64,000 nt of DNA from Marsupella aquatica (GCA_973895155.1 OZ316896.1:12442549-12506548), one strand, 5' to 3'; positions 13,580 through 25,900 are shown, numbered from the stretch's first letter. The notes: a model not told the origin generated them from the letters alone. A program made the numbers and translations.

Positions 13580-15253
13580 CCGTGGCCGATCCGATTTCGC
13601 CCATTTCCCGCTTTTTGTTACCGTAACAGAGACTTAGGGTTTGGCTTACCGTCTGGTGAAGGTTTCCGTCATACTTGTTTATTTCCATAATATCCGGTCT
13701 GACATGACATAATTCCTCCTCGTAATCCACATTTGTACTGGCAGAAACAAGAACGGCAGCATTCATTTTCAGCTCTTGTGTTCGATCATATCTGGAGTAT
13801 CCACTATTTGTATGGTGACCACTAATCATCATCCCCACTTCGTCAGGCACTCCTCGGGCTGCCATGCGAGTTACTAGAGTGGATCTTCCACTGCGGTTTG
13901 AAAACAGGTCACGAGGCAATCCAACCACACTCAACATATTACTTAGCCACTTTCCAGCCCGTTCCTGTGCAACCTTATGCTTACGATTGTACCACACGTT
14001 GCTCACAGGGTTAGTAATGGGCCCCAAGAAAAGGTCTGGTTTTGTGTCACCCTCCAGAGGAGGCAAATGTCGCAAATACTGTTTCAAACAAATGATAAAA
14101 TCAATCTCATAACTGTAAAACGATTTACGGAATTGTTCTTCATTGTAGCGATCAAGGGAGTACGAATTGTTCTTGCTCTCTCTTTCTTCAAAACTGCAAA
14201 CAAACTGAAATCCAGTCAGATATCAAACAAGCTGAAATCCAGCAAGAAAATGATAAACAAAAACGTCCTATAGAGCCTACGACACTTACTGCACATACTC
14301 TCGTCCCTGCTTGTCACTACACAGCCGAACATCGTGTCTCATCAGGTTGTACAACTCCGAGCCACCTCGAATCCCCAGCCGAACCAAGACAAAGAAGGCA
14401 AGACGCTTCTGGCATCCATGGGGGCTGGTTATTTGATGATCTATATCTGCTAGAACTGCGGTCTCCATTTCTTCCGTAATTATTTCAGCCTGTGAACAAT
14501 AGGATATAGACATCAGAAACAAACATAAAGAACTCAACAATATAGAAACGGATCAAGAAACCTGGCAATAAACTAGAAACAAATAAGAGAACTTACCTTC
14601 TTTCGTTTCTTGTTCACTCCCTCCCGTGCTGATTTCTTGACTGCAGCTTTCAGTACCATTCGAGTCTTTGCAAAAACGGGATGAGAGTTGATATTGAACC
14701 CTTTCTCGATCAGATTACCTTGTCCTCTGACAGACCTGAGATCACTTGCACGTCTAATGATACGGTTGAATGCATTCATCATGTTCATTAGTGTTGAGGA
14801 AGGATACGTGTTACCATCAACCTTGACAGCCCTGGAGAAAAGGTTACTGAGGAGCAAATCGAGCATGTGTAACGGTAAGTCTCCCAAGAAAATTGACGTA
14901 TCCCAATTCAGGGCAGCACGTAGCGAGTCAGCATGTTTCAATGCCCATCGATCATTCTGGTCCGATGGGAGTTTCTCCTCCCCTCTCCCAGCATCAGCTA
15001 GCATTTGATCTGGAACCGATCGTAAACCAGGTATGCTCAGCGAAAGAGAGCTCACCTCCGAGCTTGCTTCACCAAGTGACTCTGTTGAAACCACAGACAC
15101 AGGGACATCATAAACCATTTCCATGTCAATCTCCACGCCCATAACATCCTCGAACTCGTTAAAGAATAGCGCATCTACATTATCTTCGTCCGCACTCAGT
15201 CGATCCAAACTCGCATCCTCATTCACATCATTCACTGCTTCACTTCCTGCCAT
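13557..15253 (-). CDS. Tyrosine recombinase, Crypton/DUF3504-type (N-terminal part and catalytic domain)
   Basis: Exons 15253-14597, 14489-14290 and 14193-13716 are phase-consistent and stop-free (~444 aa). The frame then reads through the 96-bp repeat to a stop at 13557. Motifs: KVDGNTYPSSTL; RLGIRGGSELYNL (catalytic R); EERESKNN (K); VWY; FSNRSGRST (HxxR position, with H replaced by R); ISGHH (H); GYSRY (Y nucleophile). Confidence 0.85.
13622..13717. repeat. 96-bp direct repeat, copy A (putative element 3' terminus)
   Basis: CGTAACAGAG...CATAATTCCT; differs from 15935-16030 at 2 of 96 positions. Confidence 0.95.
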
Positions 15254-15934
15254 AACATGAATTAGACCCGCAATTATGATTGAATATGATGAAACAGGAT
15301 CAAAAGCTTCCAGCAGAGTCATTCCATTGATGGAGTTCGAATGATTCTGAAACAATGAAACACAATCTTAAATATAAACGTAATGCCAGGAAAGGATATC
15401 GCCATCGAGCTTCAATCTTCTTTGATCCATTTGAAATCATCTCCGCAAGTTGATGATTGTCCATCACAAACAGAACCCCGCCAATCAAAGCAAGGACGCC
15501 TCGGCAGCAGCTTGCACTCCCGCTCGCGCCATCGCCAGCAGCTCGTGCCATCCACAAAAACACAAACATCGAGCACACAGAGCACAGTATCGAATGATAG
15601 AAAGCAGCAGCGTGTCGCCGCCTCCTCAAAATACCTAAACTGAAAACCTATGAAACGTTGAATGAGCAGATTGAGCCCGTAGCGCTTCGCTTTGCCCCTC
15701 GACTATTTTGATTCTCGCCCAGTTCTCTCATTGGTGCACCGGCTATTGGGAGTCGCCAAATCCTAACCCTCCGTTACGTCGGGTAATGACGGTTCAGATC
15801 ACCCGTTACCGGGCGTAACCTGCGCTCCCAGGTTCTTCCCGAAGGTTTCCCGGCTCCCGCCGGTCAACCTTCTGTCAGAACTTGGTCGCCCGTTACACCC
15901 TGGTAACGGCTGACTAAACCCTCATTACCCTATA

Positions 15935-16030
15935 CGTAACAGAGGCTTAGGGTTTGGCTTATCGTCTGGTGAAGGTTTCCGTCATACTTGTTTATTTCCA
16001 TAATATCCGGTCTGACATGACATAATTCCT
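15935..16030. repeat. 96-bp direct repeat, copy B
   Basis: 94/96 identical to 13622-13717; continues into ~21-bp CATAAT-periodic repeats up to ~16100. Confidence 0.95.
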
Positions 16031-16585
16031 TACTGAGTTTCATAATTGACTTACGGAATGTCATAATGGGCCTATGGAATGTAATAATCCGCTTACGGAA
16101 ATAGTACGTTCTTGATGCAAATGGCATATTCCGTCCATCCTTGACAGGTGTCCATCCAATTTGAATGTTCCATCCACACAGTCTGAGTTCAATTTAATAA
16201 CTTGATTTTGGTAAGATATTTTGTCGTATGAACTCCATGGATACAGCGGTGGACAAGTACAACACTTCCCAAATATGGGACTTCACAATTTCTCTCCATC
16301 ACATTTGCTTCCGATGAGTAGCGAGCAGCGTTGCAACTCACTGTCCTATGCATATTTTTGTTTGAGGACTCAAAAATACACTCCATTACAATACAGTAGT
16401 TGTATTACTCAGGTCGAAAGACCATCACAGCGTTCAGTAATCTCTGAAATTTGACATTTTATTGAAATCAAAGGGATCATTAGATCATGAATCCTGTGAT
16501 AAAATTGACGGAAAGAAACAATTGATCATCCAGGAAACTCATGGATTGAATCTTGCTATGCAAAAACTGAATCTCCTGAATCACA

Positions 16586-17231
16586 TCAAGTCTCCTTCTT
16601 CGGATCTTTATTCTCCTTATCATCCTTGACAATAAAGGTGATAGTGCAGTTCTCAAATCTATTCCCTGAGAGACTATTGCCAACAGAAATACTAGAACTA
16701 CTAGTGCCTCCACTGAAAGTTCGAGCTGAAAATTCTGGATCGTTCTTGGCAATCCCTGATATCCAGTCGATCTCATCAAATTTCTTGTGCCACTCAGCCA
16801 TCATCCGCTCCTGGTCTATTGTGTCAACAGGTTCAACTGTTTCAAGTGCTTCCTGTAACAGCAAACCACAACAAGGTATGAATACAAGAGCAGAATAAAT
16901 GTAAGGTGTGGATACAAGAGCAGAACAAACACTGAAACAAACTACGAACCTGCTTGCCTTTCTTTGTCTGACTCATTCCTCATCCACTTTACTGCTGCTT
17001 GATTCCTGTCACCAACAACAAGAGTATTAAGCCTCCAAACCGGACAAAAACCAGATAACAAATACAACACAAATATCTAAACATAAGAGACCAGCATACC
17101 TCACATCGTGGGCTGATAACTGAAAGCTGCAGATTTGGTTTCGAGCTGATCTTTTCAATCAGAGGTTTTAACTGTCCCGAGTTTCCAACAACCTTCTCCT
17201 CCACAAATTGCTTGGACACTTCTATCAAGGC
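16586..17231 (-). pseudogene. Displaced C-terminal exons, probably from the Crypton-like YR gene
   Basis: Exon-like blocks 17231-17100 (ALIEVSKQFVEEKV...PRCE|GT), 17005-16950 (needs a 1-nt frameshift) and 16855-16586 (EALETVEP...GNRFENCTITFIVKDD...*). The F-x-N-C-T-I-x-F tail resembles the C-termini of DUF3504/Crypton proteins as I recall them. Confidence 0.55.
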
Positions 17232-19377
17232 GAGGAAACTAAATATACACGCTGTTGAGTCAATTCGTACCCTTACGCCACGCCGTCGGGCCCTCCAGGT
17301 TTCCTGTTGGCGACCCTGTATATTGAGCTGCAAACTCTGCGGCCGCTAAAGTAGTGTCCGTTGGCGGCCTCGCCCAGAAGTGCTAGCGTACTAATAATAA
17401 CTAGGGTTCATTTTGCAGGGGGAGGATTCGGCCGCTAAAATATAGTCAGGGTTTAATAATAACCATGCTAGACAACAGACGTGGCGGACCGAAACCAACA
17501 AAGACAGGTGGATGCAATAACCTATCATTATTATTAGGTCATCACTGTAAGCCATGGCCTCTTGTTTGGGTGGAACGGCCAAAGAAGATCATTCATTAAT
17601 AAAGCTATCCGATAATCCAAAAGGCACCACTGCGGGCTGGGCAGATATTTCCATGGATATGATGACTACAACCAATTAATTAAAGAAAAGCAGACTACCC
17701 TAGTCGGAGCATCTATGGTATTGTGAAATGGTTTAGCTCATGGATAGAAAGGACATTTGCCTGCTGGATCCAGCCTGCCAGCTTGTCCTCGTGAGGGCTA
17801 GGGCCTGGGGGATTCTAAATGATGTTTTGCTTTGAGCAGCTCCTGTAAAAGAAAACATTGCTGGTAACAAAAGAGTGCAACGGTTTCTGATGCACAAGTG
17901 TGAAGTTTTTGAGGGCAAAAAAAGTACCATTTGGAGCCTTTGTTCCCTTTGAACCAGGGGAAAACCTCACCTGAGCAACCGCACACCTGGTTGGGCAATG
18001 TGGGTGGGGGGAACCCAACTCTATTACAAAGCACCACAAGGCCAGGCCAGGCCAGAGCCAGGAAGCCACCCACCATATTGTGAGTCCCTAGAATAGTTAG
18101 GCACTTGATTCTGCAACCACGGTCTCCAATTTAAATGTAGTTAACGAGGTCAGTAACTTACCTGTAGATAATGATAGGCACTCTGTAACAACTGGAAAAC
18201 CTGGAAACGTTTTGGCAAACTCTTATCTAGAAAAATATATAACTGAGGGTCTTCCAGACAATACTTTGCCAAAAGCTTACAGGAGACAACAAGGTTCCAA
18301 GCAATTCCAATGGATCTAGCATTTCCTTCCCCCTCTTTCCTTCCCTTCATTAGGTTTGCTTTGTCTTTGGGATCATGTCTCCCTGTTTGGGTTTTTTTTT
18401 GCCCTTGGGCATTGTGTTATAGAGCACTTTCTGAGCTCCCAGAAACCAACCATTTATGTGCATGAAAGATACTGAAAATGGTACATCCAGGTTACATTGG
18501 TCCATAGCAGTGTTCACTCAAATGTTGTGATCTATCAGAGCTTTTTCTCCCACTAAAAAAACTGCTCAAAGGCGCTTTTTATTCTTCTCGTATCCTATTA
18601 ATTTAATAGCACTCTACATGTTGTTAATAAGAAAGGATTTTTTTCCTGGGGTTAAGTGGATGTGAGGCCGAGCAGAATTTTTCCCCATCTTTTCATTCGA
18701 CAACACATTATTTTTATTCGCAGCGGAGATTTTGACGTCCGGGAGGATTGTTTCCTTCGTTTCCATTGGGCAATATCGTGAATCTCGACTATCGTTTGTT
18801 CTTTACACAGTCCCGATCCAATCGGGAATCAATGGGGCCCGCCAAGATATTCTGAACTGATCGACTCAAGTCGTCGGACCCTGCGGACTCAGCTCAGCCA
18901 AGCGAATCCAGTACCGAAGGGCCCTCATCCTTTTACACTTACGTCTACAGAGAAATTTACAATTATAATCGCCACGTGTCCTTGCTTTCACGGCTCCCGG
19001 CCCGGACCTGACGGCTGCCGTCGGGAACTCGCCACATCTACGACTTTGAACTTTGCAGCTTGGTGAGGGAACATAATGATGTAGTTCTAATAAACATATA
19101 TAAACCTAGTTGTATATTGTATATCATTGTGTATCACGACAAAATATACAGGGAGCACCCATACGGACCGCAAGGCATGTTATTCTTGTTTTTCGGTGGT
19201 GGGGGGTGTGGGGAAAGGGTGGTGGTGATGGTGCTGCTCAAAAGAAGGCATTTGTTTAGCGAGTTGGATTCACTCTTAGAACATTTGATTTCACATTTAA
19301 AATAACGATTCTTTAAAAACATATTAATTGAGGAGAAGAATAAATATCTGTCTGACAAAGCAAGATGGGAATCTACG

Positions 19378-19516
19378 ACAAGGGCCTCTGGTCTAGCGTG
19401 AAGACTCTAGATGGCCACTGGGGCACAACTACATTCGGGGTGGGACCAAAGCTCATGCAAGGGCCTATGGTCTAGAGTGAAGTCTCTAGACCATGATTGT
19501 GGGGCACAGCTACATT
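19378..19516 (+). repeat. Tandem duplicate containing the GGTCTAGAG-N6-CTCTAGACC hairpin (also at 3253-3276 and 47026-47049)
   Basis: Two ~57-60-bp related units starting CAAGGGCCT(C/A)TGGTCTAG; the second has a perfect 9-bp stem. Confidence 0.7.
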
Positions 19517-21499
19517 AGCCTCCCAATTACAAAGATCCAAGGGTTTGGGTCCCATTGCTAGTATTTAACTTCCTTGTATGAAAAACATAAACCTCAAATT
19601 CTAGGGGCCAGGGTACCAACAAGGTGGTCATATCCAGAATCACTACGCCAACCTGATCAATGTAACATTCATGGCAACAATCTACAAAACAAGTTGGAGT
19701 CTCTACCCAAACTAGTTTGGGCCTTCCAAATATGATCAGAAACTAAGGCTTGAGTCGACAAAAACAGAGCCCAGATGGACCTCCACGTTTGGAAAAAGGC
19801 CCCCATGGATTTGGGCAACCCAGATTGACCTCAATGTTTTGTCAATTTAAACTACAATAGCACTATATACAGTCCTTACTGAAATGTGACTTGTAAGTGG
19901 GCAGGAACTAGCTAGAGCCTAATTATATTCTGTTAGTCACAACTGGTATTTTGTGCATTGCTGATGGTTGCAAGTTGCGGGGAAAAATACACATAGTGGA
20001 CCTCCAAACTAAACTTTATGTCTTGATCACCAAAAGAATGATTTTCTCTTCCAGCTGGCCTTTGGGCCCACAGGAAGTACCATTTAGTGTCAGAAATTCT
20101 TATAACATGGTTGGGACTCCTTATGACCCAAGAAAACCACTTTAAAATGCAATATGTTCTATTGTTGTTGGATGTCGTCGCCAAATGCTGTAGACTACGA
20201 CCGCAATGTCAAATGACCTGTTTGCCATGCGGCTGCAGCAGGATATGGAGCACCACACTTAAAACTTGTTATATGCTGACAATCAAATAAATTTATTTAC
20301 TATAATATACAATCCCGCCTTTTTGTGCTCATCGTCCGTTCACAAAATTCACTTTTGGAGGGAACTCATTATGACCATTGGATTTAAAACTTAAATTTTT
20401 CTGCCCATCAGATCTATGTAAGGAAGAATAAAGAATTGAATAAAGAGTTTGTCCTAGCCTGGGGCACGGATCCATGGGCTTCCACCCACACCTAGACTCA
20501 TTACAAACATCTAGAAAAAGGTCATTGGGAATTGAATTGACATGTGGCTATCATGGGTAGATGGGTCTGACAAGAAAATCTAAGTAGACCTCACATGATT
20601 GCCCCATTCACGTAAAGTAAGAAGTATAGACAACTACAATACAAATTAAGTTGTGAGTTCAAAAGGGATGATTTATAGGAAAGTGGAAAAAATTAAGTCT
20701 ACTAGGAGTAGTGAAAACATTGTTTTTTTCTAATCTCGATAAAGTACTTTTTCCAGGTTACATTAACATTCAATCCTATATTCTTTATTGCAATAACCTT
20801 ATTGACCAAAGACACAATGGCCCCAAGAATAAAATGGCCCCAACAACGAAATGGCCGGAGTGATAAATGATTGTAACAATAAAATGGTTATAAGGACAAA
20901 TGTGCAATGCAAGTTAGGGCAATGGGGTTTCTATATATGTCATATTTCAAATCACATTATAAAAAACTATCTCATCTCAAAGAGTTAGTGTAATCTACAA
21001 AAGTGGAAAAGGAAGGAACAAACCAATACCATCAATATATTTCAATGATTTTGACACCCTTGGATTGAGTGAAAGGGACCTATGGAAGTGAATACCATGG
21101 ATATTTTTGCTCTTAAAGTAGGTGTTTACAAAATACATGTGCTAGCTAACTACTTTCAAAAATTACATGTGCATAACATTGGTATCAGATTTGTTTTGTT
21201 TTTTGCTAAGGAGAAGAGAAATTTTCATTTTTCTGAGAGATCATTTATCTTTTGCTCCATGTTGATTCTTCTTCTCTTTCTTAATCATGTTGGAAAGGGA
21301 GGGGGGTGCCAAAGAGCCAGGATGGGAGACTGGAAGGAGAGAAAGGAACGACACAGAAGAGGAGATTGAAGAAAAAAGGGGAAAAATGTGAATTTATCTC
21401 CCTCCATATAGCTAAGGGCGACCACACTTGACCCTGTAACACCCCAGCCGCCCCCTGTTTTGCGTTCCCTCCCATGCTCTCACCCTTGCCACAACATTG

Positions 21500-22955
21500 C
21501 TTTCACAATAGCACCTTGGGACATACATTGCCTCAATATCTTTGCCTCAACTTGACAATTTTTCTCGCCTTGACATATTTTTCTCAGCTTGACATATTTT
21601 TATCTCCTTGAGATATTTTCCTCACCCCAATGTTCTTTTCAATCTCACATTGACATCTTTTTCTCACCTTTCCATCTTTCCTTTAGCTCTGCACCTTTTT
21701 TCTCCTCAACATCTTTTATCACCTCAGCAGTTTCTCATGCACCTTGATATATTTTCGCTTCCTGGCATCTCTACTCATCTCAGCATCATATTTTCATAAT
21801 TTTCACATTTTTTTTCTCTCATGTACATGATTTTCTCACCTTAAAATCATTTTCTCACCTTGACATTTTTTTCTCTCATTTAACATTTTTCTCACCTCAA
21901 CATCTTTTTCTCTCCTCGACATATTTTTCTCATCTCAGCATCTTTTTATCTCCTCGATATCTTTTCCTCACCTCAATGTTTTTTTCTCACCTCAACATCT
22001 TCTGGGCAACGCATGGGCATTGGGCTATTTGAATATATATATATATATATATATTGTGCCAAAATAATGAGACTTCACACCCATAAACTATGACAAATAT
22101 TTATATGGTTTTTCATCACAATTGTCTCACAAAATTTGACTCCCAAAGAAAGCCTTGGAAGCAAAGCAAAGAGGGGGAGAGGCAAGGAGAAAGGGGAGGG
22201 GGGGCACATGGATGAGAAAAGAGGGAGGGAGAGGCTTCATCTTGCCCCATCTGGTCGCAGGTAAGGGGTGGAAAAAGTGTCAAGTTTATTTTCTCACCTC
22301 AAAATCTATTGCTTTACTTTACATCTTTTTCTGCTCAAAATCTTTTTCTCTTCTTTGCACACGTTTCTCTCCTCAACATCTTTTGTTCACCTAGACATAT
22401 TTTCTCTCCTCAATTTTTTTCTCATCTCAACATCTATTTCTCTCCTCAATATCTTTTCTCTCCTGGACATATGTTTATCATTTGGACATCTTTTCTCTCT
22501 TTGACATCTTTTTCTCTCCTCTACTTCTTTTATCACCTCAACATCTTTTCCTCACCTCGACATTATTCTCACCTCGATATCTTTTCTCTCCTCAACATCT
22601 TTTCGCTCCTTGACATCTTTTATCGCCTCGACATCTTTTCTCTCCTTGACATCTTCTATCACCTCGACATCTTTTGCTCACCTCGACATCTTTTCTCTCC
22701 TGGACATCTTCTATCACCTCGACATCTTTTGCTCACCTCAACATCTTTTCTCTCCTCGACATCTTTTATCACCTCGACATCTTTTCTCTCCTCAACATCT
22801 TCTATCACCTCGACATCTTCTATCACCTCGACATCTTTTGCTCACCTCAACATCTTTTCTCTCCTCGACATCTTTTATCATCTCAACATCTTTTCTCTCC
22901 TCGACATCTTTGTTCACCTCGACATCTTTCGTGCAACGCATGGGCATTGGGCTAG
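21500..22955 (+). mobile_element. Non-autonomous Helitron with ~18-bp CT-rich minisatellite and two tandem 3' termini
   Basis: Ends in CGTGCAACGCATGGGCATTGGGCTAG|T (22930-22956), a plant Helitron-type subterminal hairpin followed by CTAG and T. A degenerate earlier terminus GCAACGCATGGGCATTGGGCTAT lies at 22006-22028. Internal arrays of (TC)ACCTCGACATCTTTT units. The 5' boundary is approximate. Confidence 0.75.
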
Positions 22956-25900
22956 TAATATATAATAACACATAGATAGAGGACTAGGGTTGGGGCAAAC
23001 CGCAGCATGGGCGCATATAATAGATAATATTTTGAACATAATAGAATACATATGGACAATGTATTCAGTCTAAGACCGCCAAATTGTAAACATAAACTGA
23101 ATTGGCCCAATGATGTTGTCTGGCCGCTCCTTGGATGCAGTTTTCAGGTCTTGAAGGGTAGTCATAGCAAGAACACAAACTAGATCAACAAGAATAGGAA
23201 TAGGGAGCACCATAAAATGTCCAGAAATGAAACTAAACACAATGAGAACAAAGTTCCCAACAGGTTTTAGAAAGGGCCCGCACATTTGAATTTTAAATAT
23301 TCCTTTGACATTTTTATATAATATTCACATCAACTTCAGAAAGCAATGAGGATAAGGCCCTACAGTGCTCGCGTGCTTCAATACGGTCGTAAACTCCTTC
23401 ATTTCCAGTTTGGATATCTACAATAGCCACAGTGTATTCAACCTAGTTGGGAGGCAAGGCTATGGCACTTGGTGCTCCAATGCGGCCGTAAGGCCCTTCA
23501 TTTGTAGTTTGAATGCAATCGCCACAATGTATTTAACCAAGCTGAAAGGCCACAACACTACGTTGCTTGGGTGCTCCATTGAGGTCGAGGGCACTTGCAT
23601 GATAGATGCATTACACAATTGTGGTATGCCATATATGTCAGAATCCTTAAAAAAGGAGGAAGAAATGGTGAAATGACTAACTTTCAAAACTTTTTGGAGC
23701 TTTTTGATTGCATTTAAGTCATTTGGTGACTTACCAAAGGATATCACTCAAGTTTTGCAAAGAATGTCATTGGACGTCACCCGACATTTACAAAGGATGT
23801 TCGTTAGCGGTGTCCAAACTTGTTATATGGGGCGCTTTCAAGAGGCCCTCAACAATTTGATAAAAGACGCCCTTCAAAAGTGCCCAAGCCTAAGGCACTT
23901 GATATGTTTTTGGTCCAAAGCTCTTATTTATTTGAAAGTCTTCTATAACTTCAGTTTAGCTGGAAATTTGCAAGCATGATCTTTGGAGTATAATTTACTT
24001 GCTGGCAGTGTTCAAGACTTTTTGAAGTTGGTTTACTTGGTTTTTGATCAGGTCTATGTTAGTCAATTTTTATATTCGCATTCAATTACATCAAATTTTA
24101 ATTAACTGTTCTACTTTGTTTTACATATTAGTTTTCATTGGAGTATGAAGAGGTATGTCTTTTCATCTTTCCAAGGATATCCTTAATATTTTTTTTTAGT
24201 TAGTTTTTGGTTTTCAATGAGTGAAAAGTTACACCTTTTCATTTCCTCTTGACCATCCTTGCTTGAGGCATTATATAAGGAAAGATAATACACTAGTTAG
24301 GTAAGTTAGTTCTTGCATATCTTAGCCGAAGAGATTTTCCCTTTGACATTGATTATGGAGATATTTAAGACATATTTTGAATGTCACTCCTTAGGTGAAG
24401 AAAAGGAGACTAACTTCCTTCTATATTAGATTCCATGAGGAATTTGGATATGGAAGTAAAACTCCATAAATATATGTGATTTGTATCTTGGATCATAGAT
24501 AGCAGTGGCTTGAGATCCAATATATGAAACTCTTTCCTTATGAAACTCTAGAGTTGTCCAAAATATCTCTTACCATGTATGATTGGTAAGAATTTGTGGA
24601 AGTCTAGAGGAGAATTCATTTCAAGCTTTCTAAGGTAAAAGTCCATTCTCATGAGTTTTAGTACCGTCATTGGCAAACAAAGACTAGTAGCATTCATACC
24701 AAGTTGCGCATCGCCACAGTTTACTAGTTGGGACTGCACACAATGTCTAGAAATATCTTTGTGGGCTTGGTGAACTAATACTAGAAGGAGGAGAAATGAG
24801 AGTATAAATTTAGGAAGTAGTCAGAGAGGGGTTTTGTGTACCTTTTAACATCTTAAAGTGGCCACATCCTTCCATAAGCTATGGTGATGGAGGTAGCGCA
24901 GTGCTGAAGCCTGATTTTAAAAGTCCTAGAGTTATAGTCTATGAAAGAGAATTATATTCTCTTGTCTTTTGTTAATTGTACATTTTGGTTTCAAATGTGT
25001 AAGAGGTTGAGTTTCCTCTTTAAAGCACTCATTTGTGTTAAAACACTCCATTCCCATTCTGTTTTGCTTTTTAGGGGAACAAATTCTGAGTTTTTACTTT
25101 TATTATATGCAATTTATGCATTGACCCTATACCACAACAATAATTACCTTTTGAGATCACTACACAAGACCAACCACATTGTTATCAGGCTGCATATTCA
25201 GCCTAACGTGTGTGGTAACAACTTTCACAAGAACATTGTTGTACGGAGTGGGCCTAGAGGTCCACGGGAGAGAGTCTGAAAGTTTGGGGTTCTCTCGGAG
25301 AGAATCTCCATCTTTTGGTCCATTAAGAAAAAAAACTTTGTTGGAGGTCCACTAAGTATATATCTCAACTTTCACGACTCTTTGTTGTTTGTTGAGTTTG
25401 AGAAAAAGGTACTCCAATCTGAGTTGATTTGTTTCTGTCTAAATTGTGTAATGAAGACTTCATATAGTCAAACTGCTATCCAAGAAATTTCTTGATTAAT
25501 TAGCCCAACATGGCCTCATTTTGCCTCCGCATTCATTCTAAGTTCAATTGAAACGTTCCATAGTTTTGTTCCCATAATGTCTAATCGGATTCACTTAAAG
25601 ACATTCCAGCTCAGCATTGAGATTGATAAGCAATGGAATGAGAAAAGACCTTCAGGCCTTCCAGGAGACCTGCCTCAACCTGTATCATGCTCTGCAACTG
25701 AAATATAGTCCATGTCATGCTGTCAATACCACAATTGCTGTCCCTTCCCTTGCCGTGATTCGGCATTATTTGGAGGAGTGTTACGGAGAGTTCAGGTGGA
25801 GGTAAGGGAACTGATCCTAGACTCTTTTAAATGCTGCTTGAATTGATCAGCTCTGGTCCGATCTGGATATTGGGATGCTCCGTGAACATTGAGTCCAGCA

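Larger units (their letters stand above)
13622..17231 (-). mobile_element. Crypton-like tyrosine-recombinase DNA transposon, rearranged (apparently circularly permuted)
   Basis: Contains a spliced YR gene, a separate upstream C-terminal-like block, a 96-bp direct repeat (13622-13717 and 15935-16030) and clustered TTAC-N5-7-GTAA inverted sites. No RT, RNase H or DDE domain is seen. Confidence 0.75.

Noticed and set aside
13557-17231. Interpretation as a DIRS/Ngaro retrotransposon or bacterial integrase contamination
   Set aside because: No RT, RNase H or gag is present, and the spliceosomal introns and DUF3504-style motifs argue for a eukaryotic Crypton-like element.
22309-22975. Overlapping 218/121/93-aa ORFs
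   Set aside because: Artefacts of a stop-poor 18-bp minisatellite inside a Helitron.
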